From the NCBI GenBank assembly GCA_030605045.1, contig JAUWBK010000001.1:1-33933 (forward strand): a DNA stretch of 33,933 nt. Direction: 5' to 3'. Below the pieces are notes generated by a model. That model was not told where the DNA came from and did no database searches. It saw nothing but the letters and a program-made list of their open reading frames with translations. A program made the translations under genes and the position numbers. Shown in pieces: positions 17,462 through 25,382 of this stretch. Position 1 is the stretch's first letter. Every line of letters starts with the position of its first letter. The DNA comes from Dehalococcoidia bacterium (GTDB lineage Bacteria > Chloroflexota > Dehalococcoidia > Dehalococcoidales > RBG-16-60-22).

Positions 17462-18235
17462 TTGAAGAAGAACCGGGTGAAAGAATTATGGCGCGAAGGG
17501 AAAGCAGCCATAGGAACCTGGCTCGTGCTGGGTAGTCCGATTACCGCCGAGATTATCGCCCACATGGGCTTCGACTGGGTAGTGGTTGATACTGAGCACG
17601 GGTCTATTGATATCGGAACCACGCAGTCCATCATCCAGGCCATTTCAGCCACCGATACCGTGCCCATCGTGAGGGTGCCTTGGAACGACCCGATGCTGAT
17701 CAAGCGTGCTCTAGACGCTGGTGCCTACGGTCTGGTGATTCCGATGGTAAATAGCCGGGAAGAAGCGATTAGAGCAGTGCGAGCCTCGAGATATCCACCA
17801 ACAGGAATCAGGAGCTACGGCGGTCCCCGAGCCCGACTCTATGGTGGACTTGATTACTTTGAGCATGCCAATGAGGAAATAGCGCTCATTGTGCAAATAG
17901 AGCATATTGATGCAGTAAATCGCGTTGATGAAATCCTTTCCGTGGAGGGTGTTGACGGCTTCTTTATTGGACCGTCTGACCTGGCTATATCGATGGGTCT
18001 TAAACCGGGAATGGACCAGACTGACCCCAGGCACGTGGAAGCGGTGAGCAAGGTTCTAGCCTCAGGAAAGAAACATGGCGTCCCGGGAGGAATACACGTC
18101 GGCAGCCCCGAGGCGGTTAATGAGCGCCTTGCCCAGGGATTCCAATTTATCGCCCTGGCTAGCGATGAACGTTTCTTAAGGAGTGCGGCTTCAGCCGCTT
18201 TCAGCAAAGTCAGCAAAGAGAGGAAAGTTGCTTAA
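17462..18235 (+). CDS. HpcH/HpaI-family 2-keto-3-deoxy-acid aldolase
   Basis: AGGAG then TTG 17462. NRVKELWREGKAAIGTWL..SPITAEIIAHMGFDWVVVDTEHG, VRVP, and PMV motifs typical of GarL/RhmA/HpcH. Confidence 0.85.
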   Translation: MKKNRVKELWREGKAAIGTWLVLGSPITAEIIAHMGFDWVVVDTEHGSIDIGTTQSIIQAISATDTVPIVRVPWNDPMLIKRALDAGAYGLVIPMVNSREEAIRAVRASRYPPTGIRSYGGPRARLYGGLDYFEHANEEIALIVQIEHIDAVNRVDEILSVEGVDGFFIGPSDLAISMGLKPGMDQTDPRHVEAVSKVLASGKKHGVPGGIHVGSPEAVNERLAQGFQFIALASDERFLRSAASAAFSKVSKERKVA

Positions 18236-18316
18236 ATTCCTACTCAGCTACTTGGATAACACAAGAGCTTCAATAGAGTCATGAAGCCCGGTTTGTCATA
18301 ATCTTAAAAAATAACA

Positions 18317-19681
18317 ATGGGGGAAAAAATGGTTAGTAAAAGGACTGAAGAGCTTCTTGAGTTGGACCGTAAGTATCTAATACATGGGTTTTCGGTGGTT
18401 GGAGAAAAAGAGGTAGGGCCGATTATTGAGAGAGCGGACGGGGTCAGGTGTTGGGACACCGAGGGTAATGCCTATTTTGACGCGGCTTCACAGCAAACCA
18501 GTAATACTTTGGGTCACGGACAGAAAGACATCATTGATGCCATCTGTGAGCAAGTGAAGACATTGCAGTTCGCCCATCTTCTGGGGAGACAATCCAATGT
18601 CCCGATTATTGAGTATGCCCGGGATTTGGCTCAGGTAGTGCCACCGGAATTAGGCCATTTTTACTTCACCAGTGGTGGTTCGGAAGCGGTGGAGACGGCA
18701 TTTAAGATAGCTCGCTTATACTGGTCGAAACAAGGTAAGGGCAAGTATAAAATTATTAGCATTCAAGATTCCTATCATGGTGCGGGTATGGGCTCGGCGG
18801 CGGCAACCAGAGCGGGAAGTGGGGTGTTTTGGACCGGTTATGCGCCGCTGGCCTCTGGCTTCGTCCAAGCACCGTACTTCTATTGCAATCGGTGCCCCTT
18901 TCATCTGGAATATCCGGCTTGTAATACTCTCTGTGCCCGCTACGTTGAAGAGATTATTAAAAAAGAGGGAGCGGATAGCGTCGCTGCCTATATTGTTGAG
19001 CCCGTGATGGGTGCGGCCGGCAATATCGCACCGCCACCGGAGTACTTCCCAATCGTGAGGCAGATATGCACTGATTACGATGTGTTCCTCATCGGCGATG
19101 AGGTTCAGACTGGTTTCGGGAGAACCGGCCGGATGTGGGCTCAAGAGCACTGGAATGTTAAATGGGATATGATGACGGTAGCTAAGGCGATTGATGCTTG
19201 TTATCTGCCTTTTGGCGCCACGCTGATTAGTGACCGGATTTATGAAGGTTTGCAGGGTTCAATGCTGTGGCATGGCTGGACTCAGCACGGTAACCCTATC
19301 TGTGCGGCAGCGGCGAAGGCAGCCCTGAAGTTAATCATTAGAGACAAGTTGGTTCAGAATGGAGATATGGTAGGTAACTATGTTCTGGAGCGTCTCAACG
19401 GTAAGTTTAAAGCCCTTCCCAATGTCAGTGATATCGGCGGCAAGGGTTTAATGCTTGGCCTAGAGTTGGTCAGAGACAAAGCGACCAAGACTCCATTTGA
19501 TGCGGCTACGATGAGTAAATGGCAGCGGGAGGTGCTACAAAAAGGCTTGTATGTCCGGATGGCTTTAGCTAAAGACTATACCCGGGTACGCTTTAACCCG
19601 CCAATAATCACCACCAGGGAAGAAGCGGACGAAATGCTTGACATACTGTATGCTGCTATCACTGAGCTTAAATCGAGATAA
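18317..19681 (+). CDS. class III (omega-type) PLP aminotransferase
   Basis: 454-aa ORF; ATG 18329, preceded by GGGGG, is an alternative start. SGGSEAVE, DEVQTGFGRTG, and the PLP-lysine context MMTVAKAI. Confidence 0.85.
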   Translation: MGEKMVSKRTEELLELDRKYLIHGFSVVGEKEVGPIIERADGVRCWDTEGNAYFDAASQQTSNTLGHGQKDIIDAICEQVKTLQFAHLLGRQSNVPIIEYARDLAQVVPPELGHFYFTSGGSEAVETAFKIARLYWSKQGKGKYKIISIQDSYHGAGMGSAAATRAGSGVFWTGYAPLASGFVQAPYFYCNRCPFHLEYPACNTLCARYVEEIIKKEGADSVAAYIVEPVMGAAGNIAPPPEYFPIVRQICTDYDVFLIGDEVQTGFGRTGRMWAQEHWNVKWDMMTVAKAIDACYLPFGATLISDRIYEGLQGSMLWHGWTQHGNPICAAAAKAALKLIIRDKLVQNGDMVGNYVLERLNGKFKALPNVSDIGGKGLMLGLELVRDKATKTPFDAATMSKWQREVLQKGLYVRMALAKDYTRVRFNPPIITTREEADEMLDILYAAITELKSR

Positions 19682-19763
19682 TCGGCTGGGCTCATGTCCA
19701 GGCTCATTGGCAGGTAACATGTTCCGTCGGTTTGTATTCTCGCTTGAGAAAATGACTGGTGGG

Positions 19764-19803
19764 TTTTAACGAAGTTGTAATGAGCGTGTAACGATATCTT
19801 AAC
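19764..19803 (+). promoter_or_regulatory. array 3: four 11-bp-phased TTGTAAC-like direct repeats
   Basis: TTTTAAC 19764, TTGTAAT 19775, GTGTAAC 19786, TCTTAAC 19797. The spacing is exactly 11 bp, and the orientation matches the downstream + strand gene. Confidence 0.5.
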
Positions 19804-19822
19804 CTTTTGGGCTTTTTTTTAA

Positions 19823-19851
19823 TTGACAGGATGGTATCGAAAGGTTAGAAT
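19823..19851 (+). promoter_or_regulatory. sigma70-like promoter for the secreted-protein gene
   Basis: TTGACA 19823-19828, 17-nt spacer, TAGAAT 19846-19851. A T8 tract at 19813-20 lies just upstream. Confidence 0.5.
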
Positions 19852-19895
19852 TTAAGCATAATCATCCTAAATAGGTAAATTAGGAGGTGGAAAAA

Positions 19896-20372
19896 ATGAA
19901 AGCAAAATATATTTTATCTGGTTTACTAATGGTGGCACTGGTTATCGGTGGTATGGGATATGATGTAGCTGCTAAGGCGGGAGACAAGATAACTGGTGGT
20001 GGTACGTTTACGTGTTATAGTGGGAACCTAGATTATAATGACCACATTATGTCATTCGGGTTCAATGCCAAAGATTTGGGGGCTGGCAAAGGAAAAGGAC
20101 AATTTACACTTATTGACCATACTGCAAAAACAAAGATATTCGGTACTATTTCTGGATACAGTGCTAGCTTATTCTCGGTAAGTTTAGAAGGGATGTGCTC
20201 GATAGACGGAGTGGAAACAAGCTTTCGTGCTAGAGTAAAGGACAAAGGCGAGGGAAAACCCTCCAATAAATTGGATGTAATAGAAATTTGGTTTGGTGGT
20301 AATACTGGGAGGCCCGACATTTATGGTCAGATAGGTGGTGAGGAAGGAAAAGGTAACATACAGAGGCACTAA
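19896..20372 (+). CDS. secreted/exported hypothetical protein (158 aa)
   Basis: AGGAGG 19882-19887 then ATG 19896. Signal-peptide-like MKAKYILSGLLMVALVIGGMGYDVAAKA. The remainder is Gly-rich and predicted beta-rich. Family not recognised with confidence. Confidence 0.65.
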   Translation: MKAKYILSGLLMVALVIGGMGYDVAAKAGDKITGGGTFTCYSGNLDYNDHIMSFGFNAKDLGAGKGKGQFTLIDHTAKTKIFGTISGYSASLFSVSLEGMCSIDGVETSFRARVKDKGEGKPSNKLDVIEIWFGGNTGRPDIYGQIGGEEGKGNIQRH

Positions 20373-20427
20373 TAATAGCAAGAAAGAGATAATTGCAAAC
20401 ATTGGTTCAGTCCAGTAGAAACTGGTA

Positions 20428-20464
20428 AAAAGGTAGCCCGAAGTCAAACTTCGGGCTACCTTTT
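20428..20464. terminator. bidirectional rho-independent terminator
   Basis: AAAAGGTAGCCCGAAG tcaaa CTTCGGGCTACCTTTT: a perfect GC-rich stem flanked by an A-run and a T-run, between convergent genes. Confidence 0.8.
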
Positions 20465-20572
20465 ACTTTTACTGTATTTAAATTTCTTACATCTATCTAT
20501 TTGATTAGTTTTAAAAAATCTGGCCAATACTTTGAGGTATTTCATACGTATATGATTGCTTTAAAAAATTCA

Positions 20573-21685
20573 TCAATCATAGCTGTAGGTGAGAGGGTAT
20601 AGTTCGCTGCCCGGCAAGTCCGCTCGGCCATGCAGTTTTTCAGAATACCATATGTAACTATTATCCACGAGAACCTGGAAACCACCGGCAGCACCATATA
20701 ACTCCAGGTTAGTTAATGCAACGGTACCATTAGGTGCATATAGGACTGCGTCTACAACAGGCCCTTCTAACGTAATATTGCTGGAAAGTGACGTGATAAC
20801 GGGAATAGCTTCCGAACCATAACCCCCTCCAAATATCTCGACCTCTCCCTCGCAGATAATATGCTCATAACCCTCAATATGACCATTGTTGACTTGAACG
20901 TAGCCGAGAACGTATAGAGGACCTTCCAGTACCACCGTCGTCCAAGCATCTACTATCAGGTTTCCGGTAATGTATAGAGGTCCCACATTATAAGTATCCC
21001 CACCACTATATTGTAGGTCACCATTGTGGGTGCCGCCTTCTTTAGCGATGGTCTCATACAGTTCGGCGTTGGTGATAGGAAATGTCAAGTTAGCGCTGTA
21101 TTCAAAAACCTCGCCATTAACGTATTCTTGGCCACTAATCGTGCTTACAGCGGTAGCATCACCATTAACCGCGGTTTGACCTTTCTTGGGTCCTGCAATA
21201 TCTATAGTATTATTGGAATGTATATCTCCATCGCCCGAATCAGGGAATGAATCCACTACTGAATTGTAAATGCTAAGAGAATCTTTTGCAGCCAGAGCGA
21301 AGGCAAAGGCACCATGACTGAGGTTCACAATTGCTATAATCCTTGTCCGGCCACAGCCGCCACCACTGGCCGTGGAGTTAACACTAAAGATACCTCCACC
21401 CTGATATATAGCAGTTACATTTACGGTTCGGCCGTTGAGCTCAAAACTTTCCTCTAACGGCGTTTCTACATAAGTGCCTGAGTCCCCATATATCTTAGCC
21501 GTGGCATAGACCAGGCCGGCATCTGCGGAATAACTATTCAAGGTTTGACACTCAATTGACTGGTGATAGCCAAGGTTGGTAAATGAGCTCCGTAACAATG
21601 GAATTACCAGCAAACTGCCTACGGCCAGTAACATTAGGGCCATTATCAGGACTTGTCCAGATTCCCGGTTCTTGAACAACTTCAT
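20573..21685 (-). CDS. PilX-N-like minor pseudopilin with a large extracellular domain of possible beta-helix type
   Basis: ATG 21685 gives MKLFKNRESGQVLIMALMLLAVGSLLVIPLL (a GTG at 21706 overlapping the upstream stop is an alternative). It has a hydrophobic N-terminal helix without Glu5. The rest is rich in short repeats such as GDIHSNNTIDIAG, GPLYITGNLIV, GPLYVLGYVQV. Confidence 0.6.
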   Translation of the reverse strand: MKLFKNRESGQVLIMALMLLAVGSLLVIPLLRSSFTNLGYHQSIECQTLNSYSADAGLVYATAKIYGDSGTYVETPLEESFELNGRTVNVTAIYQGGGIFSVNSTASGGGCGRTRIIAIVNLSHGAFAFALAAKDSLSIYNSVVDSFPDSGDGDIHSNNTIDIAGPKKGQTAVNGDATAVSTISGQEYVNGEVFEYSANLTFPITNAELYETIAKEGGTHNGDLQYSGGDTYNVGPLYITGNLIVDAWTTVVLEGPLYVLGYVQVNNGHIEGYEHIICEGEVEIFGGGYGSEAIPVITSLSSNITLEGPVVDAVLYAPNGTVALTNLELYGAAGGFQVLVDNSYIWYSEKLHGRADLPGSELYPLTYSYD

Positions 21686-21702
21686 CTTTAGCTTCCCTGT
21701 CC

Positions 21703-22227
21703 TCACTCTTCTGCTCCTGTCCCGATCCTTTGACTAATTTCGTAAATCCTGGTTAACCCGCCTTTGTCTTTCACCGCTCTTACCGTTAGCTGATAGAGAT
21801 TGATAGTGGCATTCAGCGTATTAAATGTCGTATTGTCAGTATCTATGTAATCGGCAATTAATGTCTCTGAGACCAAAGTCTGTGAAGAGTCATATACCTT
21901 ACGCTTTAGCCTGGTGCCATTAAATGTATAATTGACACTGTAATCATTGTTCTCGTCCATATCAATCGGGACGCTAAGAGATAGTGGGAAACCGTTAGGG
22001 TCACCAGCCGTGATATTCCTTGCCGTCTGAACATCACGAGAAATCCAGTGTCCCGCGTTCTGTACCTGGGGCAAGACAGTATTTTGCTCGGCAGCTTGTC
22101 CGTGATTCAGCAACAATGTTGTCGTGGCAGTTGCAATTGCAACGACAACAAGGGCCATTATCCCTATCCCAATTACTGCCTCGAGTAAGGTAAATCCTTT
22201 TTCAGTCATTTTCACCATTTTAATCAT
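21703..22227 (-). CDS. prepilin-type N-terminal cleavage/methylation domain protein (type IV pilin / pseudopilin-like)
   Basis: Class III signal peptide ...MTEKG|FTLLEAVIGIGIMALVVVAIA with Glu at +5. Possible starts at 22227, 22218 or 22209. Confidence 0.75.
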   Translation of the reverse strand: MIKMVKMTEKGFTLLEAVIGIGIMALVVVAIATATTTLLLNHGQAAEQNTVLPQVQNAGHWISRDVQTARNITAGDPNGFPLSLSVPIDMDENNDYSVNYTFNGTRLKRKVYDSSQTLVSETLIADYIDTDNTTFNTLNATINLYQLTVRAVKDKGGLTRIYEISQRIGTGAEE

Positions 22228-22660
22228 TCAGTTTATAGAATGTAATAATTAGCTTTCCCTGCTCATTACGTTTAACCGTTACATTTACGCTTTGCAGTTC
22301 AAAACCGGTCTCATTACTGCTAATAACGATTTGCGGGGTATTTATTTCGATAGAATATCCGGCCGACAACAAATCGGCAGGAATATCTATTGGCTCGTAA
22401 CGGTTTGCCGGGTCACCAGGGTTATAATCGGCTACAGCGACATAATCTTGAACTTTAATGTATTCTATTTGTGATTTAGCCAAGCTCTCCGCAGCCACTC
22501 TCTCCTGGCTTACCTCAATGCCTTTAAACGTGGTTGTCATGCCACTCATAAAAGCAGTCGTAACCACTGCCACAATAGCCAGGCCGACTAAAATTTCAAT
22601 AAATGACAATCCTTGTTCACTCTTCATTTGTCTAACTAGCCTTATAAGTTGCATTGCCAT
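22220..22660 (-). CDS. prepilin-type N-terminal cleavage/methylation domain protein (pseudopilin-like)
   Basis: ...MKSEQG|LSFIEILVGLAIVAVVTTAF with Glu at +5. The start is ATG 22660 or 22627. It is the first gene of a three-gene overlapping operon. Confidence 0.7.
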   Translation of the reverse strand: MAMQLIRLVRQMKSEQGLSFIEILVGLAIVAVVTTAFMSGMTTTFKGIEVSQERVAAESLAKSQIEYIKVQDYVAVADYNPGDPANRYEPIDIPADLLSAGYSIEINTPQIVISSNETGFELQSVNVTVKRNEQGKLIITFYKLND

Positions 22661-22863
22661 TGAGTTCCCAGTTTAAAGCTTATTAATCTCAATTAAATAC
22701 TATAGCTATACGTGTAAAAAAGCAACCCTCAAAATGGTGAAAAAAGTATGAAAAATCCGCTTCACTCACCTCTGAGAGCCTCACCACCTCTTGTTGTTTA
22801 GCTGTCTTGGCGCCAACTGCTTACTGGGGTTACTTGCCCCGACCACCAATTCTACCTAGGACT

Positions 22864-22900
22864 ATTATACCATTCTAATAGTATGAGCGAGTGGTTACAA
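22864..22900 (-). promoter_or_regulatory. candidate promoter of the pseudopilin operon
   Basis: On the minus strand: TTGTAA (22900-22895, the proximal repeat unit), 17-nt spacer, TAGAAT (22877-22872). An overlapping TGgTATAAT has its -10 at 22869-22864. Confidence 0.4.
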
Positions 22901-22974
22901 TGAGGTTAAGAACAGTCCCGAAATGTTAAGGAAATGTTACAAAGAGGTTACAAGGAAGTTACAATTCGATACAA
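22894..22974 (-). promoter_or_regulatory. array 1: seven TTGTAAC-like direct repeats, mostly 11-bp phased, read on the minus strand
   Basis: On the plus strand: GTTACAA at 22894, 22936, 22947 and 22958; GTTAAG at 22905 and 22925; GATACAA at 22968. The spacings are 11, 20, 11, 11, 11 and 10. Confidence 0.55.
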
Positions 22975-23063
22975 ACACGAGGCAGCGGTAAGAGTCCCCG
23001 TAGCTACAGTCAAAGACGGTGACGTAGCATCTTATTAGCTATCTAATCATAGGTATCGTAGCC

Positions 23064-23092
23064 TTGATAATCACCTTAGTCAGTGTTAGAAT
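23064..23092 (+). promoter_or_regulatory. sigma70-like promoter for the kinase/regulator operon
   Basis: TTGATA 23064-23069, 17-nt spacer, TAGAAT 23087-23092. Confidence 0.45.
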
Positions 23093-23154
23093 TCAACCGC
23101 CTGAAGTATATTGGGTGAAGCTATAGTTCGTATACTATATAGAAGGGCAAACCT

Positions 23155-25377
23155 ATGACACTGCGTAGGAAGACACTGTTCATCATCGGGGCGACGTTCT
23201 ACGGCGTGATTATCCTGTTATTCTTCATATCACGTAACATCTTGCTGGACAGTTTCGTCGAACTGGAGAACCAAGATGTCTACCAGAATACTGAGCGAGT
23301 GCTGAGTACTTTGTCACATGAAGTCTCTCAGTTGGAGGCCACCACCGGTGATTGGGCAGCGTGGGATGATACCTACGCCTTCATTGAGGACGCTAACACC
23401 GAATATATTGAGTCGAATCTCATTGATAAAACTTTCATCGAGTTAAGGCTGAACTTAATGATGTTTATTGACTCCGCTGGCCAGACCGTCTTCGGCAAGG
23501 CTTTTGATCTGAATAATGAAGAAGAAGTACCTGTTCCTCAGAGCCTACAAGGACACCTTACCATCGGGGATATTCTGCTGACCCATCCTGACACTGAGAG
23601 CAGCATCTCCGGAATTGTCCTTCTTCCCGAAGGCCCGATGCTTATTGCCTCCCGTCCCATTTTGACCAGTGAAGATGAGGGTCCTATTCGTGGGGCACTG
23701 GTTATGGGACGCTTCCTGGATGCTACCGAAATGGAACGGTTTGCCGAGCTAACGCATTTGCCTCTCATCATGCATCGGTTCAGTGATGCGCAGATTCCTC
23801 CCGACTTCCAAGCCGTGCGTTCATCTTTGTCTGAAGAGAGACCGATTATCGTCCAACCACTAAATGAACAATCTATTGCCGGATACACCTTGATAGAAGA
23901 CATCTATGGGAAGCCAAGCCTGGTGCTGAGAGTGGATATGCCCAGAGACATCTATCAGCAGGGCCAGACCACGATTTCTTACCTTATCTTGTCGATAGTA
24001 GGGGTTGGTCTGATATTTGGCTTGACGACCATATTGCTTTTAGAGAGGCAGGTTCTGTCCCGGTTGTTTCACCTAAGCAAAAGTGTCAGTAGTATCGGCA
24101 CCAGTGGTGACCTCTCGGCGCGGGTATCAGTAGAAGGAGAGGATGAAATTTCCAACTTAGCGGGTACCATCAATGGCATGCTGGCCGCGCTGCAACAGTC
24201 CGAAAGTGAGCTAAAGGAGAGCGAAGAGCGCTACCGTCTGCTCGCTGAGAACGTAAGGGATGTCATCTGGACCATGGATATTAACCTGAGGTTTACCTAC
24301 ATCAGTCCTTCCGTCACCTCTATGCTAGGCTACAGCGTTGAGGAAGCAATGTCTCTCCCGTTCGAGGAACTTTTAACTCCTTCCTCTCTTGAGGCAGTCA
24401 AGAAGGCTTTTGCCGAAACACCGACTGTAGAGAGCATAAAGCAGGAAGGCCTTTCTTGGTCACCGACGCTGGAACTTGAGCTAAAGTGCAAGGATGGTGC
24501 CACTATCTGGGTAGAGGTCACGTCAACTTTCCTGCCTGACGCAGATGGCCAGCCTATTGGCTTTGTTGGAGTCGGACGTAACATCACCGAGCGAAAACGG
24601 GCGGAGGAAAAACTGCAAGAGCTTTACCATGAGGAAAAAACCCTGAGACAGGAATTGGAAGCAGAAATAAACAAAAGAGTCGAATTCACCAGGGTACTAG
24701 TCCATGAGTTAAAAACCCCAATCACTCCGGTGCTGGCTTCGAGCGAGTTACTGCTTGAAGAGCTCGAAGGGGGCCCCCTGCTCGACTTGGCGCAGAACAT
24801 TAGCCAGGGCGCCTACAATCTGAATCAGAGGATTGACGAACTTCTTGACCTGGCAAGGGGTGAAATAGGAATGCTTCGGCTGGAACCCGAATCAATGGAC
24901 CCGAGGCAACTACTCAAAGGCATAGTTGATAGTCTGATGCCCTTAGCCTTGAAAAATAGCCAAGTGCTAAGTTTTGAGTCCCCTTCTTCCCTGCCTTCAG
25001 TCTGGGCTGATGAAGACCGCTTACGCCAAGTTGTGCTCAATCTCATTAACAATGCCTTCAAATTTACTCCGGCGGGAGGGAGAATCACCTTACGAGCCAA
25101 GGAGGACGGTGCTAATCTTGTAGTGGAAGTTCAGGATACGGGTCGCGGGATAAGTAAGGAAGAACAAGAGCGGCTGTTTGAACCCTATCACCGGTTAGAA
25201 AGTGAAGTAGGACATCTTAGCGGGTTGGGGTTGGGGTTGAGCCTTTCCAAGATGTTAGTGGAACTTCACGGTGGAAAGATATGGGTGAAAAGCCAGAAGG
25301 GCAAAGGTAGTACCTTCGGCTTTTCCCTACCTTTAGAAGCTACCGCTCAGAGAGAAAAAAGTGTTAAAACAGAGTAA
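23155..25377 (+). CDS. sensor histidine kinase: TM, CHASE4-like periplasmic domain, TM, HAMP, PAS, HisKA, HATPase
   Basis: N-terminal TM FIIGATFYGVIILLFFI. CHASE4-like GDWAAWDDTYAFIEDAN...LMMFIDSAGQTVFGKAFD. Second TM ISYLILSIVGVGLIFGLTTILLL. PAS ERYRLLAENVRDVIWTMD. H-box LVHELKTPITP. N/G boxes LINNAFKFTP, DTGRGI, GLGLGLS. Confidence 0.9.
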   Translation: MTLRRKTLFIIGATFYGVIILLFFISRNILLDSFVELENQDVYQNTERVLSTLSHEVSQLEATTGDWAAWDDTYAFIEDANTEYIESNLIDKTFIELRLNLMMFIDSAGQTVFGKAFDLNNEEEVPVPQSLQGHLTIGDILLTHPDTESSISGIVLLPEGPMLIASRPILTSEDEGPIRGALVMGRFLDATEMERFAELTHLPLIMHRFSDAQIPPDFQAVRSSLSEERPIIVQPLNEQSIAGYTLIEDIYGKPSLVLRVDMPRDIYQQGQTTISYLILSIVGVGLIFGLTTILLLERQVLSRLFHLSKSVSSIGTSGDLSARVSVEGEDEISNLAGTINGMLAALQQSESELKESEERYRLLAENVRDVIWTMDINLRFTYISPSVTSMLGYSVEEAMSLPFEELLTPSSLEAVKKAFAETPTVESIKQEGLSWSPTLELELKCKDGATIWVEVTSTFLPDADGQPIGFVGVGRNITERKRAEEKLQELYHEEKTLRQELEAEINKRVEFTRVLVHELKTPITPVLASSELLLEELEGGPLLDLAQNISQGAYNLNQRIDELLDLARGEIGMLRLEPESMDPRQLLKGIVDSLMPLALKNSQVLSFESPSSLPSVWADEDRLRQVVLNLINNAFKFTPAGGRITLRAKEDGANLVVEVQDTGRGISKEEQERLFEPYHRLESEVGHLSGLGLGLSLSKMLVELHGGKIWVKSQKGKGSTFGFSLPLEATAQREKSVKTE

Positions 25378-25382
25378 AGGTT

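Noticed and set aside
22661-22863. c-di-GMP (GEMM-I/II) riboswitch in the pilin leader
   Set aside because: The conserved GEMM elements as I recall them (GGCAAACC / GCAAAGCC-type tetraloop-receptor regions) are absent. It is kept only as an unclassified long leader.
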